A stretch of 64,000 bases of DNA. Source: Octopus sinensis (lineage: Eukaryota). The DNA lies in assembly GCF_006345805.1 (NCBI RefSeq), contig NC_043003.1, forward strand, positions 84,320,001-84,384,000, in the 5' to 3' direction. Below the pieces are notes generated by a model. It had not been told where the DNA came from and ran no database searches. It worked only from the letters and a program-made list of their open reading frames with translations. A program made the translations under genes and the position numbers. Shown here piece after piece: positions 40,241 through 54,544 of this stretch (its first letter is position 1; every line of letters starts with the position of its first letter).

Positions 40241-40463
40241 GTTTCTTTATTACCCACAAGGAATTAAACATAGAGGGAACAAACAAGGACAAACAAACGA
40301 ATTAAGTCAATTACATCGACCCCGGTGCGTAACTGGTACTTAATTTATCAACTCCGAAAAGATGAAAGGTAAAGTCGACCTCAGCCGAATTTGAACTCAG
40401 AAAGTAACGGCAGACGAAATACGGCTACGCATTTCGCCCGGCGTGCTAACGGTTCTGCCAGCT
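40241..40463 (-). mobile_element. Family A SINE
   Basis: Matches 6681-6911 and 55611-55840. Confidence 0.9.
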
Positions 40464-40737
40464 ATTCGATGAAATACAGACGGAATGGCCAATAAAATTG
40501 TCAGTGAGCATTGACCCGGAGTGAGCCAGCAATAGGAACGAAATATAGGGGAAGAAGCATTTACAATGTCTCTCGACTTTGTAGTAATAGAAGTTAAAGG
40601 TATTTTCAATTGTTTGTACCTGACAGCCTTAAAAAGAGGTCATACGATTCCAACCAGATTTATCAAAACTTTTCAATTACTGGACGATACAAATAAATAA
40701 AGATCGTGCTTGCCTACAACGATAATTTATCTTAAAA

Positions 40738-41131
40738 CTAGCAGTATCGCCCGGCGTTGCTCGGGTTTGTAAGGGAAATAACTATAAAGCATTTTTAGAG
40801 AGTTATAGCCAAAAAATAGCAAAAAAATGCATTAAAAATGGAAAAAATATGATGGTAAATTTTTTTTTAAATCGTTGACTAATCGTAGACATTTTTAGAG
40901 AGCTACTTCCCTTATATTAAAAAAATATGCATTAAAATGGAAAAAAATTATGGTAAATTATTTTTAAAATCGTAGACTCATCGTAGACGTGCGCTAATAC
41001 CCAGAAGGGCTCGATATGAATCACGACTATAAGATACCCGATTTTGGTTAAACTGCACCGCAAAATGTGGGAGTAGTTAGGAATCTAAATCGGAGTAGAC
41101 AGACACACAACCTTACTTTTATATATAAAGA
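40738..41131 (-). mobile_element. Non-autonomous Helitron (~394 bp), both ends intact
   Basis: Minus strand starts TC(TTTATATAT...) and ends CTAG, inserted between host A (41132) and T (40737). Subterminal hairpin cccgagcaacgccggg lies just before the 3' CTAG. Contains an internal tandem duplication. Confidence 0.8.
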
Positions 41132-41715
41132 TTTGTAGTTATCAATCTTATTTTGTCACAGAACCACTGTGCGATTTTCCAAAAGGCGCAGAACCCATTA
41201 TATATATGTTGCGAGAGAAATAGAGAGAGAGATAGCGAGAGAGAGAGAGAGAAATATAACTTATGAAATAGTGAATATGATTTTTTGAAAAATAAATTTC
41301 TATTAAATCTTACTAAAAGGCATCTAATCTCGTGGTACCCTAGAAATTTTTCACGGAATCCGAGGACAAACCTTCAGGAAACACTGCTATAGATTATATA
41401 CAATCATAAAGGGATCGTACAGAAATCACTTTACCACCACCGCCGCTGCACCCCAACCACCTCCACCAATATCATCATCACCACCACCATAATCATAATC
41501 TACACTATACCTGGAGTTAATCAACAGTAGCAACAAGCGCTGGTATTCCTATGTATTCCTACAGGAAACTGATAAATGTTATGGAAAATGAAAGCTACAC
41601 TGAATGTAGCGCCCGATGCAAGTCTAACATGGCGAAACAAAGACTAGCACCAGAAGTAGATGTTGTTAGGTAGAGTCAAGAGTAGAGGGACTTGTGCCAT
41701 GGTGAATGGATATAA

Positions 41716-42053
41716 AAGACTCTTTTAGATCACGAATGACCATGGGATTGTACTTTCCAGGCACAAGTCCCGGCACGGTTTCTGGAAGACCAGCAGTTAG
41801 CCATGCATACCAACTTCCCCTCTCCACACCACCGATTTATGCAAGGGAAAGGCAGAGGCAGATAAAGCTTCGCACCAGTGGCATCACAACTCATTTCTAC
41901 AACTGAGTGAAGTGAAGCAGCGTAAAATAAAGGGTCTTACTCAAGGACATAACACACAACCCGGTCCAGGAATCAAACTCACAACCCGGTCAAGGAATCA
42001 AACTCACAACTTCGCAATTGTACGCCTGAAGCTCTGACCACTAAGCCATGCTT
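41716..42053 (-). mobile_element. Family C SINE, diverged, with a short internal tandem duplication
   Basis: Reverse complement of the family C body; cacaacccggtc(c/a)aggaatcaaact occurs twice. Confidence 0.8.
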
Positions 42054-42575
42054 CTTCACTGAATGACTATGTATGTATGCATGCATGTATATTCATTGTC
42101 CTACTTTATCGCAACTGTACGACTGAACCGATGAACATAGTGTCTTGCTTCTATTCTCCAATTTACTTCTTTCCGCAGTCAACATTGTACACACTTGAAT
42201 ATATCATTAGCGAAGTGGTATAACAATCACGGTAAATAGACATGGATTTCGAGGGTTCGCTTCATAGGGAGGTTATGTACAATTAACATTTTCTACCTGT
42301 AAATGTACAGAGATTGCTCATGTACGTACAGTATAGGATTATAAAAAAAGGAAGTTTTTATCTTTACTATGCATGTGCAGTATTCTTGGTAAGAAAAATA
42401 AATCTACGTTAATTTCTCTACATGCCTTCCTTATTGCAATGCAGTGGGAGACTGGTAGGGTAATAGGCAAGTTTTCTTTTTGCTAAAAGATAAAAAAGAT
42501 ATCGCGAATGAGAGATAGCAAAAGTAAATTAAAGGGAAGAGAAGATATTCAAAGATAAAACTAGATAGACGAGAC

Positions 42576-42608
<33 letters not shown>

Positions 42609-42691
42609 TATAAGAGAGACAGACAGACAGACAAGCTAATAGGCAGACCGACAGATAAAGTGACAGACAGAGAGACAGTCAAAGTTAAACT

Positions 42692-42770
<79 letters not shown>

Positions 42771-44021
42771 GGGTTGTTAGTGTTAAGTGATGATGTACAG
42801 AGATCCTTATATTCCGGAAGAAGATACATTAATTTGCTTGCGAGGAGGGTTGATATATAAATCTTTATCACAGCGCCACCAACACCAACAAACGTAAGAC
42901 AAATAAACTAAAGCAAACCGAAAACAAAAACAAAAAAGAGAGAACGAAAGAGAGAGGTTTAAGCAATTCAATTACATAAAAATGAAGAGATAGTGTCAGG
43001 GTGAAGGTGATGGTAGTGACGGGAATAATTGTGGTGGGGTGGTGGCGACGGGTGGTGGTAACGGTGGCGGCGATGGTAGAGGCCCTGGTGATGATGTTGG
43101 TAATGGTGGTGGTGGTAGCTGTTTGCTTGCTGTAGGTATTAAAAGATCTACTTTAGATAGATCAAGCTGAGTGTTAGCAGACTTAAGCTGTCATCAGCAA
43201 GATTTAGATAGAAGTCAATGTTTGGCAAATATTTACATAGAGTAAATAAATATGCAATTTTGTATTTTTTTTGTTTGTTTTTATTTTGGTTTTGCTTTAG
43301 AACGCAAAAGAAGAATGAAAAGAAAAAGTGATAAGGGCCTCCAGACGATCCAAGCTAATAATTCGCAGTCAGGTCTTGCAGCGTACTTCCAATTCTAGAT
43401 CGATGTGGTCATTTTACTTATATACCTTCACACCGCTACTATTTATACAAAGAACAGCAACAACAACAACAAAAGAAATAAAAAGAAAAGTGCTGCCACA
43501 CTCTCATATTTTTTCCCACACCATCCCCAATAAATACATAATTAAGAGGTGGTGGCCACATAGCCGAATGTATGAGGTGTTTGTCATCGAATCAGAAGTA
43601 AACAGAGAATTCAATGTTAGACAGATGAAAGAAAGTGTTGCTGTTATTTAGCTCCAGGTCAGCCTTGATCGAGTTGACTTACGATCAAAGACTTTCCTAT
43701 CATGACCATCCATCGTTTTCAAACAAGGTGAACTCTGGATGTACAAAGTATAATTTGCACAAAATTTGGTTACTATTTATTTGTTGTTGCGCCCGAGATC
43801 AAACAAACCAAAGGACTACGATTAAAATTATTCTTGCCGTGACCACCTCCTTATTCAAGATCATAGAGTATAATTTGAGATAGTTTTGGTTGCTATTTGT
43901 AGCAGGTCAATATAATAAAAGTCTCATGGTATTGAACTAACGACACAGTTTCCATTCTCGATTAAAACACATTCTAATCACAATAATATAAATCTTGCAG
44001 GTGCCTAACCTCATCTTTACT

Positions 44022-44424
44022 CTTTAATCTTTACTCTTTTACTTGTTTCAGTCATTTGACTGCGGCCATGCTGGAGCACCGCCTTTAGTCGAGCAAATCG
44101 ACCCCGGGACTTATTCTTTGTAAGCCCAGTACTTATTCTATCGGTCTCTTTTGCCGAACCGCTAAGTGACGGGGACATAAACACACCACCATCGGTTGTC
44201 AAGCTAGGGGGACAAACAGAGACACACAAACATACACGCACACACACATATATATATATACATATATACGACAGGCTTCTTTCAGTTTCCGTCTACCAAA
44301 TCCACTCACAAGGCTTTGGTCGGCCCGAGGCTATGGTAGAAGACACATTCCCAAGGTGCCACGCAGTGGGACTGAACCCGGAACCATGTGGTTGGTAAGC
44401 AAGCTACTTACCACACAGCCACTC
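44022..44424 (-). mobile_element. Family B SINE flanked by a 290-bp direct repeat
   Basis: Matches the other B copies; 43732-44021 is repeated at 44421-44710. Confidence 0.92.
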
Positions 44425-44956
44425 TGGATGTACAGAGTATAATTTGCACGAAATTTGGTTACTATTTATTTGTTGTTGCGCCCGAGATCAAACAAATCAA
44501 AGGACTACGATTAAAATTATTCTTGCCGTGACCATCTCCTTATTCAAGATCATAGAGTATAATTTGAGATAGTTTTGGTTGCTATTTGTAGCAGGTCAAT
44601 ATAATAAAAGTCTCATGGTATTGAACTAACGACACAGTTTCCATTCTCGATTAAAAATCATTCTAATCACAATAATATAAATCTTGCAGGTGCCTAACCT
44701 CATCTTTACTGTCTAGATTTACAATATTTACATTACGATTACCTCCAATTGTCATCTTGTTCTGATATTCTGAAATGCGTACATAACCCCAGACTGATTT
44801 TGATGAACTATAGATAATAGCGTTTTTTGATCCACTGTACCACTGAAGTACTGGAGAGTAAAATCGTTATGAGCTTAGTTTAGAAATCATAGCTTTTACA
44901 CAAAATATTTTGACAATTCTTTTGTGCTTTATAAAATTCCTAATAATATTCAAGAA

Positions 44957-45149
44957 TCTTTTCTACTAAAGGCACAAGGCTTGAAATGTGGTGGGAGGAG
45001 ACCAGTCGATTGCATCGACCTCAGTGTTTCACTGGTACTTAATTTGTCGACCCCGAAAGTATGAAAGGCAAAGTTGACCTCGGCAGAATTTGAACTCAGA
45101 ACGTAAAGCATTTTGCCGGCATGCTAACGATTCTGCCAGCTCACCACCT
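44957..45149 (-). mobile_element. Family A SINE
   Basis: Matches the other copies. Confidence 0.85.
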
Positions 45150-47952
45150 AATAATATTTAATCAAATTATAATGGGATTTTTTTTCAAATATCGAAGGGC
45201 TATGAGGGTCCCTCTGAATAAAATAGGGATCAAAGAGGTTCACAGGTTAAAATGGTTGAGGGCCACTGCACTAATCATTTTATTTCTTTAATTTAAATCT
45301 TCCTTTCAGTAATTCCCCCCAACACCTTTCCCTTTCCTCAACCCCCACTTCACTGCTCTATTTGCTTTTACTTCCATATATCTCCTTTATTCTCCTTTCA
45401 CTAATCTCCCCTTCTTCTCCTTAGCTTTCACTGCTCCTCGTTCACTCCGTTTCTTTCTTTCGTCTTATCTTTTTTTTACTTTCTCTTCAACCTTCCACCC
45501 CGTTTCTTTTTACTGCCGGTCCATCTTCATGAAACATCAGCACCACATACACTACCACTACCACTACCGATACCGATACCATCACCACCACTGCAACAAC
45601 TACAACAGGCATCAATACCACCGTCACTACCAACAGTAGCTATTTCTAACACCGCAGCTGCCACCACCACCACAACAACCAACGCTAACACTACAACGTC
45701 TACCACAACAACTACACAAATAACAACACATATATCCCCCACACACACCATCACCATCAACAACAACTACACCTCCAACAAAAACTGCTACCGTAACCCC
45801 CATCGATGCCAACATGACCAACACCACCACCACCATCTAATTGATACTATACTAATGAACTATAAACGCAAAATAAATAACAGTTTGATGAATGAATGAA
45901 GGAGGTGGTTCTCGGTGCCCCCAACACTTCATAAACTGGATAGATTCCAGTATTGATTTAGGGCGGGGAGTATCATACGTTGGCCATCGACATTTCATTC
46001 TCCACTGGAACCTATTAATTACACCGACTATCCCCTATACATACATACATACATACATACATACATACATACATACATACATACATACATACGTACATAC
46101 ATACACGTACACATATTCATACATACATATGACTTCCCCCTCTCTCCCTCTCTTTCTCCAGTACCTTCTTTCTATACGCTCTTCTAATTGTAACTCCCTT
46201 CACGAATGTAACGTTTGCAGCAATCAGAACCTCAGTTATCACCACCACCACCACCACCAACAGCAACATTCACTACATCCTAATCGAGCCAACAAGAGAT
46301 CTACTAGATATAGCAGCCAAATATTCTTCATATCGAACCCTACTGTCTTTAAAAAATGAACACATTGGATAATATAATCCTAAACGCTTTTCCTAAGACA
46401 CTGTGGCCATGGCTGGAATGTCTTTGACCGTAAACCCACTTGAGCCAGATTGACCTAGGGCTAAGCAATAACAATGACAACACTCCAAGTGAATGTTAGA
46501 GCTTCTGCATAGATAACCTGCGAGAAATAGATCTCAAATTTCTTTTAAATTAATCCCCCTTGGCTTCAAAGGGTGACATGTTACATAATGTATTTCTAAG
46601 TATTTGATACTCGGGAATAGGGAGGAAATGGACATGACAGGAATGCCTTTGATCATACAGCTGTTCAATCAAGGCTAACCTGTGACTAAACAACCACACC
46701 ATCAATAATACTAACGCCAACTACAGCACCACTATTTCCAACAACACGACCAGCATAGCTAAATCTCCCTCAAATCATACTGTCATTTATAAACAAGGAA
46801 AAACGCTGTGTAATAGCTATATAGTACTAGCTATACAGTTTTAGTCACACCGAGAATTGGTGCAAAATCATTACAACCACTGCTACTTACACACCTCTAC
46901 GATTATTTTAGAATCAACATTGCTACATCTACACCTCAAAACCAACGCTACAGCCTCTACACCCCTAATAACTTGACTAGGCTTCAACAACACCGCCTCT
47001 ACACTTCTATCCCTACTATTATCCTCATCATCATCATCGACATCATCCCTACACTCATACTTCATCAGTTTTAACTTCACCTTTTTTTCCGTCACCACTG
47101 CCAATTCTCATTCATTAGAGCCTCATCTCTCAACACCCCTACCACCACAGCAGACAGCATCCATAACCAACACCGTTGCCACCACTACAGAAAGTACATT
47201 TAGCCAATATTACAGCCATGACAAACGCCATACGTTGCCAACACAACTACCGCTACTACAGACAACACATAGCCGATACATCACAACAGTCACCACAATT
47301 ACTACCAGATAGCACACACATATAACACACATAGCTAACACCACCATAACTACCACTATAGTTATGCATATGTACAACCCCTTAAATCCTCCCATACAGC
47401 CCTGACTAGATAGAAGCCAATGGAAATGCTTATCCCGACAATCTCTGCCAATAGGTCAACCAAATTATCTATAACTAGTCTGAATGTGTATGTTCTTGAC
47501 CTTCGATTGTAATATTTCGCTCAAACCACCGTTCACTCTATCCAGACACTTTCATTCAGTCCGTCTGTCTGTCTCTCACTTTCTTTCCTACACACATAGA
47601 TTGCATATATGTAAGTACACACACACATACACATAACAATTGCTTGAACAACCGCATGTAGCGAGAAATTCAACAGCGTTAGAGTTAGTCGTCAATTAAT
47701 CCCCAATAATTATAAATTCTGAGTATTTTTTATTTTGTATTTAATTACTTCAATTAGTTCAAGGTTAGCCTGGGAAATTGCCTCGTGTCTTGCAAGCCAT
47801 GAAACCTGCATATGCAAGAATTTCATGAATAATTCAACATCGAACAAGACACACGTACGAATTTTATTTTCTAAAAGAAACAATGATGGTCTAAAATTGC
47901 AATAGAACTGGAAACAGAGTTAGAAATAGTCTAGTAGTTTTGATCCATGTAA

Positions 47953-48335
47953 ATATTGCTTTCGAACTTTAGCTCGAGGGCAGCAATTTCTGGGGAGAGG
48001 TAAGTCTATTACATCGACCCTAGTGATCAACTGGTACTTATTTTATCGACCGCGAAAGAATGAACGGCAAGGTCGACCTGACGGAATTTGAACTCAACGT
48101 AAAGACGGACAAAATGCCTATTTCTTTACTACCCACAAGGGGCTAAACACAGAGAGGACAAACGGATTGAGTCGATTATATCGACCCCAGTGCGTAACTG
48201 GTGCTTAATTTATCGACACCGAAAAGATGACAGGCAAAGTCGACCTCGGCGGAATTTGAACGCGGAACGTAACGGCAGACGAAATACGGCTACGCATTTC
48301 GCCCGGCGTGCTAACGTTTCTACCAGCTCGCCACC
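47953..48335 (-). mobile_element. Family A SINE dimer
   Basis: Same junction position as 6511-6911 (aaatgcc|tatttctttac). Confidence 0.9.
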
Positions 48336-48939
48336 ATAAATACACGTAAATATTTATCGCTCTGGGAGAAAAATTAGTACGAATAACATCATGGGGAAAC
48401 TATCACCCCAATGGACAAATCTCAAACTAGAAGTAAAGCAACAATAGCAATGAAATATTCTTCAAAGAACTCTTACCATCTTTAAAATTTAGAATCACAT
48501 CTTAGAACGGTATCGCTAAATTAATCCTTTCTAGAAAATCAGATCATATAGGCAAAATGCCATGTTGGTTAGTCAAGTGATAAAGCGACGAAAGAAAACA
48601 TGTCTTCCTTGATAGAACGCCAAACTATCGAATATTGTTCTCCAGAAGTTCTAAATGTCTTCTAATGCATTAGATAAACTGGACCGCATAAAATTAACTA
48701 CCTTACTCAGAGACGTAACGACACTCTTGCGGTGGATCAGAACACTAAAACCACGATTTAGTAGAGTAACATAAAGAATAATACAAACGTCGCTTCAACA
48801 TAATAATAAGTGAAATTAATGTTATGTTATAAATTTACCGTTTTGTTTTTATAATTTTCAATGTTGTCTTTACTGTCTCTATATGAATTTCTTTTCATAC
48901 ATACATATATACCATATATACATTAATATATGCGTGCGC

Positions 48940-49003
<64 letters not shown>

Positions 49004-49031
49004 CAGGGTGGCCCAAAAGTAGGTTTACAGT
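49004..49031 (+). mobile_element. Isolated Tc1/mariner-like TIR
   Basis: TA|CAGGGTGGCCCAAAAGTAGGTTTACAGT at the end of a (TA)n tract; partner end not seen. Confidence 0.4.
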
Positions 49032-49077
49032 TATTCAACTATCTCTTTCGTATTCATATATTAACACATTAGATCAT

Positions 49078-49155
49078 AAGATAGACAGGCAGATAGATAG
49101 ATAGACAGACGAATAGATGGATAGACAGACAGATAGATGGATAGACAGACAGATG

Positions 49156-49189
<34 letters not shown>

Positions 49190-49310
49190 TAGATAGATAG
49201 ACAGACAGACAGATGGATAGACAGACAGACAGATGGATAGACAGACAGACAGACAGACAGATGGATAGACAGACAGACAGACAGACAGATGGATAGACAG
49301 ACAGACAGAC

Positions 49311-49392
<82 letters not shown>

Positions 49393-49393
49393 G

Positions 49394-49441
<48 letters not shown>

Positions 49442-49501
49442 TAGATAGACAGATAGATAGATAGACAGATAGACAGACAGACAGATAGATATACAGATAG
49501 A
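49078..49501. repeat. Long mixed (GATA/GACA/GATG)n tract
   Basis: Direct reading; similar tracts at 42690-42770, 49800-49966 and 50745-50850. Confidence 0.98.
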
Positions 49502-49624
49502 TGTTGGAGTAGGTCATTCAACCCTATTATCTCCCCTAATTTCGCTCTCGCGTCTCATGTTTGATCTTTGACTTCTGGCCGAAATCAGATCGCCATGTTG
49601 ATTCGTTAGTTACTGCACGCATAT

Positions 49625-49800
49625 TTTTTTCTCTCCTTCTTTCTGTGTTTTTTTTCTCTGTGTATCTTTCTGTCAAAGAGCGTAGGCTCGAAACGTTAAA
49701 GACTTGTTTTATTTATATTTCCTGAGCGCCATACTAATACAATTGTTTGTTTGTTTTCCACCTGCCTTCGTCTTTTGTCTATTTTCATAAAGCTTCCCTA
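49625..49800 (+). repeat. Short Penelope-terminus-like repeat
   Basis: Same family as 1390-1545. Confidence 0.6.
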
Positions 49801-49843
49801 TAGATAGATAGACAGATAGACAGACAGACAGACAGATAGATAC

Positions 49844-49966
<123 letters not shown>

Positions 49967-49974
49967 CGTATTTC

Positions 49975-50102
49975 ACAAACTCCGATAATGATGAAAGGCA
50001 AAGTCGACCTCGATGGAATTTGAACTCTGAATGTAAAGACAGACGAAAGGCCACTAAACATTTTATCCAACTCGCTAACATTCATGTCAGCTCGTCGCCT
50101 TA
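49975..50102 (-). mobile_element. Family A SINE, 5' part only
   Basis: Head and part of the body; ends in a (GATA)n tract. Confidence 0.75.
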
Positions 50103-50749
50103 AAAAAAACCCCTCTTGATGAAGAATGGAAACCGAAGCAAAGGGTTCACTTCACAAAGAATTAAATCACCCCTAACGCATAAAATAACACGCAAATTAA
50201 ATTCATCAAGGATTATTATCTCAGTATTTTAAATATAACTTTTGATTACTCAACCAGAAGTATTGTTCATTATAATCTCTAACTTAACGACCTTAATTGG
50301 CATTAATTACTAGCAGTTTAAGCTAAAGTAATATTGTTAATATTTAACAAGTGTCATGCACCATGCTATTAATAATAATATTGCATTCTAAATTCTATAA
50401 ATAATGTAATTGGCAGAAAATAATAAAATCAGCAAAACCATCTGTTTAACATGGTAAACTACTCTATGCCTTAGCTAGTTATTATTTACTTTATACAATT
50501 TTTAAATTCCTTTGCCATATATGAGAAAAAGAGATGACAAAGGGCTAAAAAATTATCTTATTAACTTCATTGGCTTACTACCGTTTCTGCTATAAGATGA
50601 GTGCCTGAGTAACACTTTATAGCTTCATCGGAACCCCAGACATGAAATACTCGACTAACATTACGTTCTGAAGCATATCTATATTGAGTTCTACACCATG
50701 TTATTAGTATTGCTATGTCTAAGCGAACGATCGATCGATTGATTGTTAG

Positions 50750-50816
<67 letters not shown>

Positions 50817-51435
50817 GATAGATAGAGAGATAGAGAGATAGATAGATATGCATATATTCACAAACGTAAGTCTAATTTAAAACAATCACAAGCACCAGAC
50901 ATATATAGGCTATATTTTGGGTGGGTCATTTGGCCAGTAAAAGCACACGCACCAGTTGAAATTCACTTCTTTTTAAATTTTTCATTAACTAATTAACTAA
51001 TGAATCAGTTCTTCTATCAATTGTCTGATCAATGAACCTGCTGGTTCGTCAGTGTCCTTCTGTCACACTCCTGTGACTTTATCAATAACTTGACCTCATC
51101 TGTTCTCTGTGATAATGTACTCAATCTCTTCATTTCACAAACTGTTTTTCGCTTCTTAGTACTGCATTTCTAATTTGTATTTGAATTCTGTGTGCTAGCG
51201 AATATGCTAGTGGGTGTGGGCGTCGTTTCAATTGGGGTATGTAGGTTTGTGTTTCGTGTGTGTGTGTGTGTGGGGGGGGCATTTATGTGCAATCAAGCTT
51301 TTTTTGTTATTTATTTATGTATTCCAGCAGTCAGTGTTTAGTTAGTAACGGTCAACCTAGCGGCGGACTGGCGTCCCGTCCACGCAAGAGAGAATCTATT
51401 ATTTTTAGCAGCTTAACGCCTCAGAAACCGATACG

Positions 51436-51465
<30 letters not shown>

Positions 51466-51468
<3 letters not shown>

Positions 51469-51822
51469 TGTGGTGTAACAAGTTTGCTTCCCAACCACAT
51501 GGTTCTTAGTTCAATCCTACTGCGGGACACCTTGCACTAGTGTCTTTTACAATAGCTCCAGACCGAGCAAATTCTTGTGAGTGGATTAGGTAGATGGAGT
51601 CTGAAAGAAGCCCGTCGTATATGTACGTGTGCGCGCGCATCTTTGTGTTTGCCTCCCGTCACCACTTTACAAACAATGTTGGTTTATTTACGTCCCTTTT
51701 AATTAGCAGTTCGGTAAAAGAGACCAATAGAGTAAGTCTTTGGGTCAATTTGTTTGATTAAAACCTTTCTAAGCGGTGCCCCAGCATGGCCTCAGTCCAA
51801 TGACCGAAACAAGTAAAAGATG
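51466..51822 (+). mobile_element. Family B SINE, diverged
   Basis: cccaaccacatggttc...gaaagaagcccgtcgtata...gaaacaagtaaaaga. Confidence 0.8.
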
Positions 51823-52314
51823 AAATATATTACCTACATCAGCAGTATACTTCTATTCATTTTAGGCTAATGCTCTATTGTTAAGTCATTTATTGGCTAC
51901 AACTTCACCTCTAATCACTCACATTGATAAGGTTTCAATCGGTAATTCGATAAACTAATCGTCAATTTCCACATCCTTCGAGTTGTGCAAACCGCATTCT
52001 CGCTTCTCTCAGTTATTCAGTGCATGAGCAATTATGTGAATTCAATATTCACACTATATAGGAACATTAAATCGACAAGTACTTTATGTTATGGTTCACA
52101 AAAGTGTGAAAAGGAAACCTAGCCAGAACTTGGACTGAAAACATATAAGGCCATAACTAAATATCACAAGCGTTTTGTCCGACGCTAACCAAACTCGATT
52201 TAAGCAATGAAAAAACAAAATATTAGTTTACGCAACATATGCAGTAATCGCCACTACACCCATCCTTTCTGAACATCTCCGCTATAAACAAGAATGAATA
52301 TTCATAAAGAGTTA

Positions 52315-52522
52315 AGACGGCGAGGTGGCAGAATCGTTAGTACGCCAGGCAAAATGCTTAACGGCATTTCATCTGTCTTTACGTCCTGAGTTCAAATTTC
52401 GCCGAGGTCGACTTTGCCTTTTATTCTTTCCGAATCGATGAAATAAGTACACTGGTGTCAGTGTAATCGGCTTACGCTCTCCCCGCGAACTTACTGGCCT
52501 TGTGCCAAAATTTGAAACCAAT
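52315..52522 (+). mobile_element. Family A SINE
   Basis: ggcgaggtggcagaatcgttag...gagttcaaatttcgccgaggtcgac in sense orientation. Confidence 0.85.
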
Positions 52523-53352
52523 ATTTATAAAGAGTGAATTGTTTGTAGAAGCAAGCGTAATGGGTTGATCAGTCAGCATCTCCGATGAACAAATGATATA
52601 TGTAAAGTGTAATAGACACGACTTAGAATCGAAGGTTGATCAATGGTGGTTGTCACACTGTACAAAATTCACCCATAAATAAATGAAGCCAAATGCAATT
52701 AAGTATCAAATAGGAGATATGAATACAAAGTTACAAATGTGTCAAGTGCTCACGGGCAAGCGGGTACCCCAAGCACACCCAACATTCTTTACGATATGCA
52801 AATTAAATCTTGAAATTTCATTAAATTGATCCCCCTCTGTCCCTCTCTACGTCTGCTTCTTCCAACTGACCAACTTCAATGCATGTTAACCACGTAGTCG
52901 TTCTTAGTATGTCGATCTGACATTCTGAAATGTACCACTTATAGAACGAGAAGACAACATGTAAAGTTTTATTCTAAATTAAGTTTTCTCCTTAATGCCT
53001 CTCCGTATAGCTAGCACGGAAATTATCTAATTAGTTTAATTTAGTCTTCAGTTTATCAATATCCAAATGCCATACATATTATTCAAAGATTCGAGGCGGA
53101 GAAACCTTGACTGTTTGAAACGACTTTTCACTGATTATTAATTATCATTTCTTTTCTAAGTATAAGGCCAAATTAATAGAATCAACTTCAATTACTTACT
53201 AGTAATTATGTGAGCCAGGGAGAGAAACTCTATGTGGTTGCTGGGCCAGCTAGAAATAGCAACCAAACACGCCTTAAATCAAATACTACTGTAAATGAGG
53301 GAAATAAGACATGAACATGCAGATTAGTCACAACAACGTAAAAAGAGATTTC

Positions 53353-53471
53353 TTAGGTTCTTTTAGTGTTTCTTTCCCAATTGAACAGGTATGACAAGGC
53401 AGAGGAAATTTTCTGCTCCTTAGCATGTGCTTCCGCATAACTGCCATTTCTTGCGCCTCCTTTTGCTATGC
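53353..53471 (-). CDS. Candidate terminal coding exon (phase 1): IAKGGARNGSYAEAHAKEQKISSALSYLFNWERNTKRT*
   Basis: Acceptor ccaactttag|; the longest frame is phase-compatible with the 158-nt exon. No homology recognised. Confidence 0.25.
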
Positions 53472-53717
53472 CTAAAGTTGGTCAAAATTGGAAGGACTTT
53501 GATCATAGATCTATTCGTTCAGAGTTGATCTGGGGTTAAATAACAACAGTTATGAAAACCAAAATACATTTTCTCACTAGTTAACAAAACGAAACGAAAT
53601 GCTCCGAATCATTTAGTCCGGCGCTCTTCCATTTCGGTCAAATAATCACCCTACTTGTAATGTCTTGTCATTTACAATAACTAACAGTCAATTTATAATT
53701 ATTCATATTTTGTGTAT

Positions 53718-53779
<62 letters not shown>

Positions 53780-53836
53780 ATTCTTGAATAATATTGAAGT
53801 TAAACTAAACGATTCAGGAATCAAATAGATACGTAC

Positions 53837-53994
53837 AGAAAGAAGTCAAAAGTTGTGCTCTGTTTTCAAAATGATGGCTAGATATGAAACCAAGCAGCAT
53901 TTGATCAAGACTCCAGTCTATGGCAGGCAACTTCCCCAGGTAATTGTAATAACTATTCTCGAGAAAAAATTCAACAGTGACAGGATTAAATGTC
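53837..53994 (-). CDS. Candidate internal coding exon (158 nt, phase 2 to 1): TFNPVTVEFFLENSYYNYLGKLPAIDWSLDQMLLGFISSHHFENRAQLLTSF
   Basis: Acceptor tctcttattacttttctgtacag| and donor TCT|GTACGT; only one frame is open across the exon. No homology recognised. Confidence 0.4.
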
Positions 53995-54544
53995 CTGTAC
54001 AGAAAAGTAATAAGAGACCTGCATAAGATTCGATCATTGGTCTTGTGACCAGGATTAGTCACTAAGATAGTGTGTTCTCATCAGTAATATCGTGTAATTT
54101 CCATTAATTAAAATGTATTGGGATTAGTCTATCGAGTATGTTCATGTCTTTCCTCTCTCTCTCTCTCTCTCTCTCCCTCATACACACTCACTATACCCCT
54201 ACACACACACACATACGTACTCACTCACTTCACACGTAGACACACAGTCACTTCATACACATACACTCACATCACATACACACGCACATCGAGGGATTTT
54301 CTACGTTGTCATTCGACTTTTAGAAATAGCAGAGAAATGTCACTCGAATCGCACTCTACCGTTCTTAGAAAAGGAGGATACACTAGACAACAAATTCTTT
54401 CAGATGCAAAATTACATGAGAGCCACGGCTGGAATGCTTTTTATCATATATCTACTAATAAGAACTAACCTGGGAATAAAGACCAGCGTACACATATACC
54501 TAAAATATATAGTATTACATTAAACTAATATCATAGATAATTGA

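Noticed and set aside
45230-45270. hAT-like TIR fragments (ggttgagggccactg; similar at about 41380 and 63105)
   Set aside because: Single short ends without partner TIRs or 8-bp TSDs; not enough to delimit elements.
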